Source of the DNA: Methanobacteriota archaeon
GTDB taxonomy: Archaea > Thermoplasmatota > Thermoplasmata > SG8-5 > DAIRED01
Length of the DNA: 64,000 nt
Direction: 5' to 3'
Assembly (NCBI GenBank): GCA_043799545.1
Contig: JAZDNO010000023.1
Coordinates: 9,360-73,359 of the forward strand
This document shows positions 27,107 through 42,100 of this stretch, piece by piece. Made by a program: the position numbers and the translations under genes. Position 1 is the first letter of the stretch. The number at the start of each line of letters is the position of its first letter. The notes under the pieces are model-generated. The model ran no database searches and was not told the origin of the DNA. It was given only the letters and a program-made list of their open reading frames with translations.

Positions 27107-30100
27107 ATGTCTAAGCGCGAGAGCGGGATAGAGTGTCCGGTTTGCGGAGCATCCAATCCAACTGGCGATTCCGAGTGCAAGGAGTGCGGTTTCATATTCG
27201 AGGCTGACCGGGCTGTGGCGAAGCCTCCTGTGGCAGCAGCCGCTCCGAAAGGAGTAGTAGCTCCCTCCTCGACGCGCGAGTGCCCCAGCTGCATGGCCAT
27301 AATCGAGGCATCCGACGCGGAGTGCCCCATCTGCGGCGAGAAGTTAGTGCCAACCTTCGTCAAGGAGACTGGCCAGGAGATATCGTGTAAATCCTGCGGG
27401 GCATTGCTCGATTCGTCGTTGACGGTCTGCCCGATATGCGGGGAAGGCCTGGTAGAGGTCAGGGAGGAGCCGGCGCCGGAAGCCCAGGCCGACGAGTTCA
27501 CATGCAGCAACTGCGGGTCGATACTCTCGTTCGGTATGACCGAGTGCCCGGTCTGCGGCGTGAGGTTCGACCAGCCGTTGACCCCCCCAATGCCGGTCTC
27601 GGCGGTTCCAGCAGAACCTGTCGAGATACCCATGGAAACGCCCGAACCCGCTGTAGCCAAGGACGAATCATGGGACCTTGGGTCTGTGGGCGGCCAGGCT
27701 GTTGAACCTGCGGATGCCCCATACGAACCGGAACAGAGGGAGGAACCAGCCGCTCCGGGGATAGATGCAATTCCAGAGGAGCCGATGCAGGTCGCAGAAG
27801 AGCCGCCAATGCCAGTTCCATCAGCTCCGCCCGAGGCGGTGCCGGCGAAGGTCAAGCTGGCGGACGACGAGTTCGCATGCCCGTCATGCTCCGTTCCGGT
27901 CAAGCTTGGAACGGACCGCTGCGAATCGTGCTGGGCGGACGTGGCCGGATACGTCAGGTGCCCGTCATGCGGGACGGCGTCTGGACCCGGGGTGGAGGTC
28001 TGTCCGGACTGTTTCGCCAAGCTGCCATTGGCCGCGGCGCCGACGGCGATGGCGCCTGAACCGGAACTCGAGGTTCCCGAGGATAAAGAAGAGCCCTCGC
28101 CCAAGGAGGGCGACGCCGATTGCCCGTCGTGCGGAAGCCCGGTCCTCAAGGAAGACGTGATGTGCGCCGACTGCGGAATGATACTCATAAATGAGGAGGA
28201 GCCGCCGGTCAAGAAGCGCGAGCCGAGGAAGAAGCCCATCCAGCAGCTCGGAGTATGGGAGAAGCGCGCTGTGATAATCGTGATTGCGCTCCTCATGAGC
28301 TCCGCCCTGATGCCATTCATATTCAGCCTGCCGCAGGTCGAGCGCGACCGGATAATATTCGACGGGTCATTCGACGACTGGGGCCAAGTTAGGGTCAACC
28401 ACGACGACGTGGGAGCGCTGCCGAGCGAGGTGGACATTACTGCCTACCAGGTGATATCCGACGGCAGGAACATCTACTTCTCGGAGACCGTGCTGGGCAA
28501 TATCTTCAGCAGCGTCCGCGGGGAGACGATGAGGGTATTCGCCGATACAGACCGGAATCCGGCCACTGGCTATTCCATACGCGGCACGGGCGCCGACTAC
28601 ATGGTCCGGGTCTACGGATGGGGCGGCGTCGTCAGGAGCGCTTCCTGCCTCAGGTTCGCCACCGCCACAAACCAGAACGACTTCACAGCTTTCCAGAGCC
28701 ACGCCACGGCGTACCCGTACGCCTCGGGAAACCAAACGGAGGTCCGCGTGCTCCTTGCAGACATGGGGATGAACGAAGAGACACGGGCGAACATAGTTTT
28801 CTACATGGGCAACTCGCTCGGCCAGCATGACTTCTCCGACCTGGTCGTGTCGAACATCGGTGGGGTTCTCAACGTCAGGCAGGTCCCTTCCGCGAGCGTT
28901 CTCGCGGACGGCTGGATACCTGTCGGAACCTCGACTGAGGTGATGACCTTCGAGATGGCGGCTGCGGGCCAAGACATCTCATTAACGGGATTGGAGACGC
29001 ACGGGCTCGTCCAGAACCGGACCCTTCCGCTAATGATCGCCGATGGGAATACCGTGCTCGCCAGCGTCATAGCCAACCCGACCGCTGCCCAAGCAGGCGA
29101 TGTGGTCGAGGCCTTGTTCGCCGCAGCGGACTTCACGCTGCTGGATGGTTCCACGGCCGTCACGGGCGGAGCCGCCAGGGCGTATGCCGGCCAACCTGCA
29201 GCCGGGGTGACGATAGACGGCGCCTTCGCAGATTGGCGTAATGAAGCGATCTCCGACGACCCGACAACCGACGTCATGGACCGGAGCTCTACGAATTACA
29301 TCACTTCTGATAACATCAACATCCTGGGGTACGCCAGCGGGACCGCCGCCAGCGCCCAGGGGCAGAGCCTCAACGTTTACGTGAACGTTGCAGGCCATGC
29401 GCTTGGCGGAACCGACGTGCCGGTCGAGGAATCGGCTCACCTGGTGCCCCCGAGCAGCACTAGGTCCCAGGCTACACCGTCTGCAAGCCAGGCGCAATCG
29501 AACAATACCCGTTCGGAACAAGCGCAAACGCCAGCCGGAACAAGGCAGGCGGCCGCTGAGCGCCCGGAGCTGGCGCCGCCGGCGCCGAAGGCGAAGACGG
29601 GCGAGGACGCAATCCTCGTGCTGCTGGACACGGACAACCGTTCGGCGACTGGATACCTGGCCGGCGGGCTCGGCGCGGACATGCTCCTAGAGGTAAAGGG
29701 GCGCGAGGGAAAGGTGACTTCGACGATTCTGTACGGTTTCTCCGGCGCGGACCAGAGGATTTACTCCTGGAATGCGGTGGGAAACGGCACCGCCGCCTGC
29801 ACGGGCTCGGAGATTGAGGTGGGAGTACTGCTTTCCGATATCGGAATAGCTGCCTACGCTGAACTTGCAGTCCTGATTCATGTGGTCGACTGGAAGGAGG
29901 ACAAGGACGCTGCGAACGTGAGCTGGGACGCAGCTGGCAACGCGTTAGGGACCACTAGGGCACCCGCTCCGCCCAACCAGATATACGGTTGGGTAAAACA
30001 CGCGAACAACTCGATAGCCAACGGCACTACATTGGCGGTGATGATTGCGGTGAGCGGGATAGCGAGTAGCTACGTCGTGCGCACGAACAGTACGACTGGC

Positions 30101-33100
30101 GGTTTCTTCTTCAACTTCCCATCGAGCTACAACGGAAGGACCGCATCGTTCTATACGACGGACGGAACGGCAAACTGGGGACTCAGGAGAACCGTCCTTG
30201 CCGGGAATTTCGTAGGAATCATCACGAAAGACTTCAATATCACAATGAACAGATCTCTCGCGGCTTATGCCCCGAAGGACTTCATGGCATCGACCGGGGC
30301 CTCGTCAGACCCGGAGGTCAAACTTAGATGGACGGCCACGGGCTTACCGCCGTCTGGAAACTACAGGATTTTCAGGGGCACGACGCTTTTCTACGACCAG
30401 TCAGATGACGCATACGATTGCTTCCAATTCACGCCGCAGGCGACGACCTCCTCGTATGGCTGGCTCGACTCGAACGTGAGCATAGGCGGCGATTACTTCT
30501 ACTACGTCGCTGCGGTCAATGGAACATCGAACGAGATGAACTCGACGTTCCTCTGGAACCGCGTCCAAGCATTGCCCGAATCCCCGTACACGGTCTACGG
30601 CGTGGCAAAGAACCCGGATGGCACCAGAATACAGGGAGTCAACGTCGAGGTGCGCACGTGGAACGGCAGCGTCTGGCACATCTTCAATAAAATCACGGAT
30701 CCGACTGGTGGCTACCTCGTGACCCTCCAGCCCGACGAGTACCTCCTCGGTTCGGAGGCGCACGTGAACGGTACTCTCGGCGACGCGTCCGTCTACAACC
30801 TCACAGCCGTCCCGTACATCCCTGGCATCCAGGACGACAAGTCTCCGTGCAACCTCACCCTCGGCCCGCCGCCGATGGAATTTTCCAAGACGGTGGACGA
30901 GCAGTTCATCGTTGTGGGCGAGACGCTCCACTATACGATATGGTTCAACAACACCGGGACTGTCAACGCATCGCAGGTATGGATTAACGACACTCTGCCT
31001 CAGGGGGTCGTCTACGCCGCGGACACGGCGGCGACGTCCCCTACGGCTTTCCCCTACTTCGTCAGCAGGACCGGTCCGCAATGGGTCGGCAGCAACCAGG
31101 AGATATACTACGTCTTCGTGGATGTCACTCCCGGAAACCACTATTTTCAGATTGACGCGGTCGTGAACGTCACGGGGGTGTTGAACGGCACTATGCTGAC
31201 CAACTGGGCGTACATGAACTGGACGACCGACGGCACGCAGTACTGGACGCAGAACGGCACGATGTTCTATCCGGACGGCCTGAGCGACAGCGCCACAAGC
31301 ACCGCGCTCGTCACGAACGTCGTCATAACCAAGGATGTGGACCTGGCGGTTGCGAACGCGGGAGACTATCTGGTATACACGGTGACTTTCAGCAACGCCG
31401 GCGGCGTCGACGCCTCGTTCGTCTGGGTCAACGACACGTTACCGAACGTGCCTCCAGGCGCCGTGACGTATGTCAGCGATACTGCCCTGTCGCTCGGAGC
31501 ACTCTTCCTGAGCAGCACGACGTGGACCACCCCGCTGCAATACGTTTTCCAGAACGTTCCGCCGGGAGCGCACGCATTCACGATAACCGCCCGCATTGCC
31601 ACCAACGTCCCAGTGGGCACCGCGCTGCTGAACAACGCCAGCTGCACCTACGCGATGGCGACGACTTCCTTCTTCGGACCGTGGGACACGGCGCAAACCA
31701 CCGTGGTCGCCCCGAGCATTGCCGTCGGCAAGACGGTGGACCTGCCTCAGGCGCGCCCAGGCGACGCCCTGACGTACACCATCCGCTTCGACAACAACGG
31801 GAACGACGTGGCGGACCGCGTGTGGATAAACGATACCCTGGACACGGACACGTACTGGGAGACTGACACGTCGCAGTCGCTCTTCACCATGTTCGTGTCG
31901 AGGGCGATCAGCGCCGTCCCGGGCGCCACGCTGCGCTACGTATTCGGCAACGTGCCCGTCGGCGCGCATCAATTCACGATAACTGCGAGGATACGCGCGG
32001 ACGCTCTGACCAGGCCCGGGCCTGACGGATGGGCGGTCAACTCTGTCGAGCTGGACTTCGCCACGAACTACACATCGTACGCGCAGAGCTCCGCCAGCGC
32101 GCAAACGGAAATCATTGCCCCTGCCGTCGAGGTCGCCAAGGACGTGAGCGCCGCGACCGCATCGCCAGGCGACCCGCTCGTTTACACCATAGCGATATAC
32201 AACAACGGCACGGCTCCAGCATCCTACGTCTGGATAAACGATACCCTGCCAGCGGGAGTCACGTTCGTCAGGGACACGGCCGGTTTGGGCTCGACGGCGG
32301 CGCCGTTCTGGTCCGCGAGCAGCAACGCATCCAACCCGCTCCAGTACGTCTTCCGGGACGTACCGCCGGCCCCGGGCGTCTACTCGTTCCAGGTGTTCGT
32401 CACGATTTTGGGCACGGTGATGGACGGCACGTGCCTCACGAACTGGGTCTACTGCGACTATGCCCCGCAAGGCGTCCAGACATTCGACAACGCCACGACG
32501 GTCGTGCGCAGGCCGATTATTGACGTGGACAAGGCGGCGGACCCGGGCATAGTTTATCCGGGAAGCTTCCTGAACTACACGATATGGTTCAACAACACCG
32601 GAGGTGGGGGCGCGTCTTACACGTGGTTGAACGACACTCTACCGCTTAACGCACAGTACGTGAGCGATACGAACGCGTCAGTCATAGGCGTCGGTCCTCC
32701 GGCGACGACCTGGACCCATGTAGGCAACGTCATAAGGTGGGTCTTCAGGACCGTCCAGCCCGGCATCCACAGCTTCACAATCACCATGCGTGTTAGCAGC
32801 GCTGCAGCGGAGGGCGACTTCGTCGTCAACACGGTCTTGTGCGCTTACGAGCAGGCGAACGGGCTCAAGTTCGCGCCCTCGTCTGCGACCGCCATCGCGG
32901 CGGTGCTGGCCGGACCAATAATCGGGGTGACGAAGGCCGCAGACCACAACCCGGTGCTGCCCGGAGACGTTCTGACATACCAGATAACGTTCAACAACGG
33001 CGGCAACCAGGTCGCTTCCCGCGTATGGCTCAACGAGACGCTCCCCGCAGGAGTGGCGTACATCAGCGACACGAACGCATCTGTGACCTCGTCGGGCGTG

Positions 33101-36100
33101 GGCTTGGCGATATTCGTCTCCAGAATAGGCAATTCGATACGATGGGTATTCTACGACGTGGCGCCTGGCGCCCACTCGTTCCAGGTCAGCGCGAGGGTCA
33201 ACTTAGAGGTCGAATGGAGCGTGCTGAGCAACTACGTCAGGTGCGAGTACCTTTCGAGCACGGGTGTGTACGGCCCCGACACGTGGGACTGGGCGAACGT
33301 GACCGTTCTCAGGCCCAATATCACGGTTGTGAAGAACGTTGACAGGGCTTTCGCCTCGCCTGGCGACCTGCTGACATACACGGTCTCATTCGCCAACACC
33401 GGGAGCGTACCATCCATCGTTCGCATCGTCGACGACCTGCCTCTGGGAGTATCGTACTTTACGGACGATGCGGCGACGATATCCGGGGTCATCACCCTGG
33501 CTTCAAAGGGGACAAGCGGCCAGCGCCTCTGGTTCAACTTCACAAACGTCCAGCCGGGACCGCACTCCTTCAACGTCGTCGTGCAGATTAGGACGAACGT
33601 GACGGCGGGCACGATACTCGTCAACAACGCCCTGCTCAACTACACGGCAGAGAACGGCCACGAGTTCGCAGGCTCCAGGGACAACGCAACGACAATCGTT
33701 TCGGACATGGTCGTCGTCAAGTCGGCCTCGCGGCCCTCGGTCGGCCCGGGGGATTTCCTCAACTTCACGATATGGTTCAACAACACGGGGAACATGACGT
33801 GCTCGTATGTCTGGATTAACGATACCTTGCCGGCCTGGACCACGTACGTCACGGACACGGCCGCGTCGCTGGGATACACATTCACGCGGACAGTCGGCGT
33901 CGGTTTCGTGCGATATGCCTTCCGCAACATCTCGGCCAACAGCTTCAACTCGTTCACCATCGCCCTGCGCGTCAACGCCAGCGTCCCGCCGGGAACGTGG
34001 GTGAACAACACGGTCGTAATGAACTACACGGACGCCTTCGGCAACCTCTTGCCCGGTTCGCAGGACGTCGCACCGGTCAGGGTGGACGTGGCGGTGGTTG
34101 GGCTGGCCAAAACCGTGGACTTGCCCGTCGCGTACCCCGACGATTTGCTCACGTACACGATATGGTTCAACAACACCGGTACAATCGCGTCGCCGCACGT
34201 TTGGATAAACGACACGCTGCCGTCGTGGGTGACGCTCGCGGCGCCGTGGAGCCTCGGTGGAACCGGAGCAGTCGGCGGGGGCGGTCTGGTCAACTTCACT
34301 TTGAACGTCTACTACGCATGGCACTTCCTGAACGTGGGCGTGGGAACGCACTTCATCACGCTGATTGTTCGGATAAACCCCGCGGCACCGTCCGGAATGC
34401 TGGTCAACCTAGCCGAGTCCGATTATGACAACGGTTACGGAACCATGCTGCCGCGAAACGACACGGCCACCACTCTGGTAATAAGGCCATACATTTCGGT
34501 TAACAAGGCGGGACCCGGGCAGGCGCTCCCAGGCGACTGGATACGCTACTGGATAAACTTCACGGTAACTGGCGCAGGTATCGCGTCGATGGTCTGGATA
34601 AACGACACCCTTCCTGCGGAGCTTGGGTTCATAACGCACAACGCGGATGCTTCGTTGTCGACGTGGGCAATCTTCGCAGGCTTCTGGCAGAACGGACAGG
34701 ATATGCACTTCAACTTCACGAACGTACCGGCGGGTTCCTACTCGTTCTGGATGCAGGTTGCAGTGAGCACCTCCGCCGAGGGGGAGGTCACCAACACGGC
34801 GTACCTCGACTACTCGATAGCCAACGGATACGTTTGGCACGCCCAAGACGACGCGATGACCGACGTGGTCCGGCCGCACATCACGATATCGAAGACAGTC
34901 AACCTGGCCGAGGCTTACCCGAACGACATCTTGGTTTACACGATATACTACAACAACACTGGCGGAGCAGCCGCTGCCATGGTGATAGTCACGGACGTCC
35001 TTCCGAACTGGGTCTCCTACATCGACGACACGTCCGGCGTAACGCCTGTGTTCGACGGCCTCCAGACGTACGATTGGACATTCATGTCAGTCACGATGGG
35101 CCTGCACAGCTTCCAGGTCCGCGTGCGCGTGAACAGCACGACCCCGCACTGCCAGACTCTGGTCAACACGGCGTCGCTGACATACTCGACGATTAGCAAT
35201 GTCGGTACGCCGGCTGAGTTCGAGCCTTCCATCGACGCGGCATCCACGCACATCAACAGGCCGCTCATAACAGTTGACAAGATCGTCGACTATGCGGTCG
35301 CGGCTCCGGGAGCCTTCCTCAACTACACAATCGCTTTCGACAACAACAACCCGGAAGCGGCGTTCGCCGTCTGGATAAACGACACCCTGCCCGCGGGCGT
35401 GATATACGTCACCGACACATCGGCGGCAGTGGTCGGCGCGACCCTCGCCAGCAGCGGCCGGAGCGGCCAGTTCATGTGGTTCAACTTCACGAACGTGCTG
35501 CCTGGGGCGCACGCCTTCACCGTAACGGTCCGTATAAATCCGGTGGCCGTCCCTGGCACCACTTTGACCAACTGGGCGCACCTCGATTACGCCGCGGCGA
35601 ACGGCTTCATGCTCGAGCCTTCAGAGGACACGGCATCGACGCTCATCTCGGCGATGGGCATCACCAAGGACGTAGACCTCCCGCTCGCGGTCCAGGGAGA
35701 CACGCTGACCTACACCATAACATTCGAGAACACCGCCGCGTCGCCGGCGATGTTCGTGTGGATTAACGATACATTGCCAATGGGCGTTACCTATGTGAGT
35801 GACACTGCATTTTTCCTCGGTGTTTATGGAGGCGGACCAACCTTCTCAGGACAGGTCGTTAGGTTCTGGTTCCAGAACGTCCCGCAGGGCGTTTACACCT
35901 TTGATATCGTAGTGACAATCGACGCCTCGGTAGCGCCAGGCACCTGGCTCAACAACACCGCGCGACTCGACTGGGCGAACGAGCTAGGCGGCATCATGCC
36001 GTCGTCGCAGGACGGGGCGGAGACGAAGGTCGCCGAGGCCGTCGTGGACATAGCAAAGAGCGCCTCTGTGGGCCGGGTCTACCCGGGACAGCAGTTCACG

Positions 36101-39100
36101 TACACGATATGGTTCAACAACTCCGGCGAGACGGACGCTACGTGGGTAAGCATCGTGGACTTCTTGCCCAGCGGCGTAGTCTATCAGTCCAACACCGCCG
36201 GGGCCGTGGCGGGCGCGACGTTCTTGGGGCCAATGGCCCAGAGCGGGCGATACCTCTATTTCAACTTCACCGGCGTTCTGCCGGGTGCGCACTCGTTCAC
36301 GATAAACCTCTCGGTGTCGGTGCCGCTGGACAACGTCCTGCTGGTCAACCAGGCGTCTCTGAATTACAGCGCTGGCTCTTACCAATACCAGGACTGGCCC
36401 GTCGACTGGGCGAACGTCACGCTGGTGATGCCGATAATGACGGTCGACAAGACCCCGGAGATACAGCCCGCCTCTTGGGGCGACCTCGTCACTTTCACGA
36501 TAACCTTCAGCAACACCGGGCACGGCACGGCTTCCTGGGTCTGGATTAACGACACTCTGCCGTCGGGGCTTTTTTACGTATCGGACACGTCCGACACGTC
36601 CCCGACGGTTACTCCATATTTCCAAAGCAAGGGGAACTCCGGACAGAGCCTTTGGTTCAACTTCACGGACGTGCCCTCTGGAGTATATTCGTTCACCCTG
36701 ACCGTCCGCGTGGGAACCGGAATTGCTGACGGGACAGCGCTGACGAACACCGTCGATATCCGCTACAACACGCCTGACTGGAACGCATATCCTGTCGACA
36801 GCGACGAAGCGTGGGTGATAGTCCAGGTGCCGAGCATCGCGGTGCAGAAGGACGTCAACAGGAACGTAGCCAGCCCGGGAAGCTTCCTGACGTACACAAT
36901 ATCGTTCAACAACGTCGGCTCGTGGCCGGCGGCGCGCGTCTGGATTAACGACACGCTGCCTGCGGGCGTGCAGTACTGGAGCGACAACGCAAACCTGGTC
37001 GCGGGCGCGACCTTCCTAGCCCCCACCGGCGTCAGCGGTAGGAGGCTCTACTTCAACTTCACGAACGTCGTCACCGGCCTCCACTCTTTCCAGGTCGTGG
37101 CATACGTCCTACCGACCGTGACGAACGGGACGACGCTCACGAACTGGGCGTTCCTGAACTACACGCTCGCCAGCGGCTACAGGATGCCGCCGTCGCAGGA
37201 CGACGCCTCGACGCTCGTGACAATCATGGCAGTCGCAAAAGTCGTGGGCGCTCCAGTCGTGAGGGCGCTGCAGACCGTGACGTACACGATCCACTTCAAC
37301 AACACCGCCGCGTTCCCGATTACATACGCTTGGCTCAACGACACGCTGCCCGCGGGCACGACGTACGCCAACGACACGGCGTGGACCGTGGCGAACGCGA
37401 ACTTCGTCGGTAAATGGATTTCCGGGCAGCAGCTCAAATTCAACTTCACGGCAGTGCAGCCGGGATACCACTCGTTCGTCATAACCGCGACTGTCGCGCC
37501 TTCGGTCATACCGGGCCAGCAGCTCTCCAACCTCGTCAACCTGAACCACACTGACAACGCGGGGTTCGAGATGACTGGCTCGTCCTCGTGGGCGAACTGC
37601 ACGGTGGCCAGGCCGACGCTGACAATAGCTAAAGCAGCCGTCACGCCGGATGTCTACCCGGGGAGCGTCGCAAGGTTCGCAATCACCGTCACGAACATCG
37701 GGACGGACGCGGCTGGCTGGATTTGGGTCAACGACACGCTTCAGGCCGGGCTGACTTTCGTGGCGCACAACGCATGGGCACTCGCGGCGTTTTCCGCCAA
37801 CGAGAGCCTGACCGCGAACTTCGTCAGCATCAGGTTCTACGGTCTGGGCGTCGGCGCGAGCCTGACGTTCTGGCTCGACGCCCGGGTCGCAATCACTCAG
37901 GGCGACGACACATACCGGATGAACACCGCGCGATGCGCCTTCACGTCGGTCGGCGGATACAGGCTGCCGGAAGAGCCCGTCGACTCGGCGCTGATACACA
38001 TCACCAGGCCGGCAGTCTCGGTGCAGAAAGCCGTCGACAGGTCTGGCGTCTACCACGGCCAGACGCTCACGTACACGATATGGTTCAACAACTCCGGGCA
38101 CGCGCCAGCGGGTGACATCTGGATAAACGACACCCTGCCCAACAACGTCCTCTATCAAGGTGACACATCTGGGCTGGGGGTTGGGCAGCACCAGAGCATA
38201 GGGTTGTGGCACTCGTGGCATTTCACAAACGTCGCTGTCGGAGCGCGCTCGTTCACCATCACGGTCCTGGTCCTACAGTCTGCTCCGATAAACAGCTGGC
38301 TCTACAACGAGGCGACGTGGAACTACACCTCGCCGAACGGCATAAACCCCGGGACGGCGACCGCGACGAGCAACCAGGTCTCCACCCTCGTCCTCGGCCC
38401 AATCGTCTCGTTATCCAAAATCGTGGACGCAGCGACCGCCCAGCCGGGCCAGCCCCTCACCTACACAATCTACTTCAACAACACCGGCAACTCCAACGCG
38501 CGTGTGTGGCTCAACGACACGCTGCCCCTGGATGTCACATACGCAGGGCACACAGCCGCCACGACGGCTACGCACACCTTGCTGAGCTGGGGCCGGAGCG
38601 GCCAAAACCTGTGGTTCAACTTCACGAACGTCCAGCCCGGAAACCACTGGTTCACAGTGACCGTGCGCGTGAACAACAACGCGCAGAACGGCACGTGGGC
38701 CAACAACACCGCGACGTGCGATTTCGTAGCGGCGAACGGCTACCACTATGACCGACTCCAGGACGGGGCCATCACTCTGATATTCAGGCCGATGGTCGTA
38801 GTGCAGAAGACGGCCGACATCGGCCAGGCGACTATCGGCGACACAATCGTGTACACGATTTGGTTCAACAACACCGACGACGTCGACGCTTCCTACGTTT
38901 GGCTCAACGACACTCTGCCGCCGGGGGTGACTTACGTATCAGATACGTCAGCCACGTCCCCGACGGCTTCCCCTTACTTCTGGGCAAACGATACGACCGG
39001 CAACCCGCTCCTCTTCGAGTTCAGGGACCTGCCGCCCGGGGACTACTCTTTCACGATTACCGTGGCGGTCGATTACTTCGCGGCTCCGCCGGCGGACTTC

Positions 39101-42100
39101 ACCGCCGAGAACGTGGCGACGTGCGACGTCGCGACGCCTTGGGCGACGATAGACCATTCGGAGGCGAGCGCCAGCACCCAGATCGTCCGGCCATGGATAA
39201 CCGTCGGTAAGATTGGCCCGGCAATCGTGAGCCCGGGTGCGACCGTCCAGTTCACAATATTCTTCAACAACATCGGGCCATCGGCGGCGGCCTTCGTTTG
39301 GATAAACGAGACGTTCTTCGGCTCGATGCTTTGGGTCAGCGACAGCGCAGCGGCGGTCTCGGGTGCGACCTTCGGCGGGCGTATCGGGACACCAGGACCC
39401 GTCATCCAGTACCTATTCACGAACGTGCAGCCGGGGGCGCACAGCTTCGTCGTCAACGTGACGATAGACCCGACGGTGGCCGAGGGCGCATCCCTCTGGA
39501 ACAACGTCACGCTCGATTACACGACTTCGAGCTCGCAGGCGAACGTCGACCTTGAGCGGTCATGGCGCAACGTGAGCTTGACAGCCACTGGCGTGAGCAT
39601 CACGGTCCAGAAGCTCGTCAGCGCAGGGACGGCCACGCCTGGCGATTTCCTCAACTACACGGTATTCTTCAACAACCTCGGCTCTGAGAACGCTGCCTTT
39701 GTCTGGCTCAACGACACGCTCCCCGCGGGCGTTGTTTACGTCGGCAACACATCCGCTGGCGTCTGGGGCGCAACGCTGGTCAGTTCCGGCCGGAGCGGCC
39801 AGAACATGTGGTTCAACTTCACGAACGTCCAGCCGGGCGCGCACTGGTTCACGATTACTGTGCGCGTATCGACCTCCGGACTTGCAGACGGTCAGCCGCT
39901 CAGGAACCGGGCATACCTTAACTACACCAACGCGAACGGCAACATGGAAGCCCCGTCGTCCGCGAGCGCCTTGACGGTGGTTTCGATGCCGAACATCACC
40001 GTCGCCAAGTCCGTGAACGCCACCCTCGCTTATGCGGGAACCTCGCTCACGTATACGATATGGTTCAACAACACGGGCAACGGCACGGCGGCCTTCGTAT
40101 GGCTGAACGACACCCTCCCGGCGGGAGTCACGTACATTGGAAACACCTCCGCGACCGTGGCGGGAGCGACGCTGGTCAGCTCCGGTCGGAGCGGACAATC
40201 CATGTGGTTCAACTTCACGGACGTGCTGACGGGCGCGCACTCGTTCACGATAACCGTGGCGATAAACGGCGCAGCTGCGAACAACACGCTCCTCGCCAAC
40301 CGCGCCTCGCTCAACTACACGGACCTCAACAGGAACATCTACCCGTGGTCCCAGGACTGGGCGAACACTACGGTGCTCAACCTTCCGTACATCGTTGTCG
40401 AGAAGGCGGTCAACCAGACATCCTGCTCGTCCGGGGACGCGCTGCAGTACACGATATGGTTCAACAACACCGGCCCGGCGACGTCGGCGCTCGTCGAAAT
40501 AAGCGACGTGCTGCCCGTGGGAGCGACCTACGTGAGCAACTCATCCATGAGCGTTGCGGGCGCCACCTACGCCAGCTCGGGCGCCAGCGGCCAGTACCTC
40601 TGGTTCAATTTCACGAACGTCCTGACCGGAGTCCACAGCTTCGTGATAAACGTGACCGGCGCGGGCGGCGCGGGAACGTTCCTGACGAACTGGGCCTTCC
40701 TGAACTACACGGATCCGACAGGAACGATACAGCTTCCGTGGTCGCAGGACTCGGCGACGACCGTCGTGACGAACGTTGCCATCATAGTCGTCAAGACGGC
40801 TTCCGTTCCGACGGCCGATCCGAGCGACCCGGTACAGTACACGATAACGTTCGACAACGACGGCACGGCGGCCGCAGGCACGGTCTCCATCGCCGACGTG
40901 CTCCCCATCGGCGTCACCTACGTCAGCAACTCGTCCGCTTCCGTGGTGGGCGCCGTACTCGCGAGCAGCGGCATGAGCGGCCAATACCTGTGGTTCAACT
41001 TCACGAACGTCCAGCCCGGGGCGCACAGCTTCCTTGTCAACGTCACGGTGAACGCCGGTGTCGCGGACCGCACGCCGTTGCGCAACTGGGTGTTCCTCAA
41101 CTACACGGACATGGCCGCCAATCCGCTCCTGCGGAGCCAGTCGAGCGCGCTCACGACGGTCACGGCACCAGTCGTCCTGGTTTCCAAGGTTCCGGACATG
41201 CAGTACGCCGACCCGGGCGACATTGTGACTTACACGATCACATTCGTGAACACCGGTTCGGGCGTCGCGGCCAGCGTGTGGATTGTCGACACTCTTCAGG
41301 CGGGACTAGCATATGTGAGCAACACTTCCGCGAGCGTCGCTGGCGCAATTCTGGTCAGTTCCGGCCGGAGCGGCCAATACCTGTGGTTCAACTTCACGAA
41401 CGTCCAGCAGGGCGCGCACTCATTCGTCCTGCGGGCCCGCGTCCAGGTGGGCCTCGCCGACGGCATTATTCTTAGGAACACGGCCGGCCTAAACTGCACG
41501 GACGCGAACGGCAACCTGCTCCCGCAGAGCGTTGACGTAGCCGACGTCACGGTCACAGCGCCCTCGATGTCCATGGCCAAGACCGCGGCTCCGACCAACG
41601 TCTATCCCGGCGAGTACGTCAATTTCACCATAATCTTCCAGAACTCCGGGGCCGGCGCGGCCTCGTTCGTGTGGTTGAACGACACTCTGCCCGGTTACTG
41701 CCAGTACATCACGCATTCCGCTTCGTCCATACCGTACTATTTGATAAGCACATACGGCGGCGGCATCCTGCGCATCGTGTTCAGGAACCTGCCAACGGGG
41801 CTATACTCGTTCACGATTACCGTGAAAATACTGACCAACGCTCCCGACGGGGTCCGGCTGGATAACGCGGCGAGGCTGGACAGCACGGACGCCAACGGCA
41901 ACAAGTTGGCGCAACGGACCGACAATGCCAGCGTGTGGGTCAGGGCTCCGAGCATCGCTGTCCAGAAGACCGTGTCCGACGCCTCGGTCTACCCGAACCA
42001 AACGGTTGCATACGAGATATACTTCGACAACATGGGTTCCGGGAACGCCTCGAAGGTGTGGATAAACGACACCATGCCCCTAGGAGTTACTCTGCTCTGG

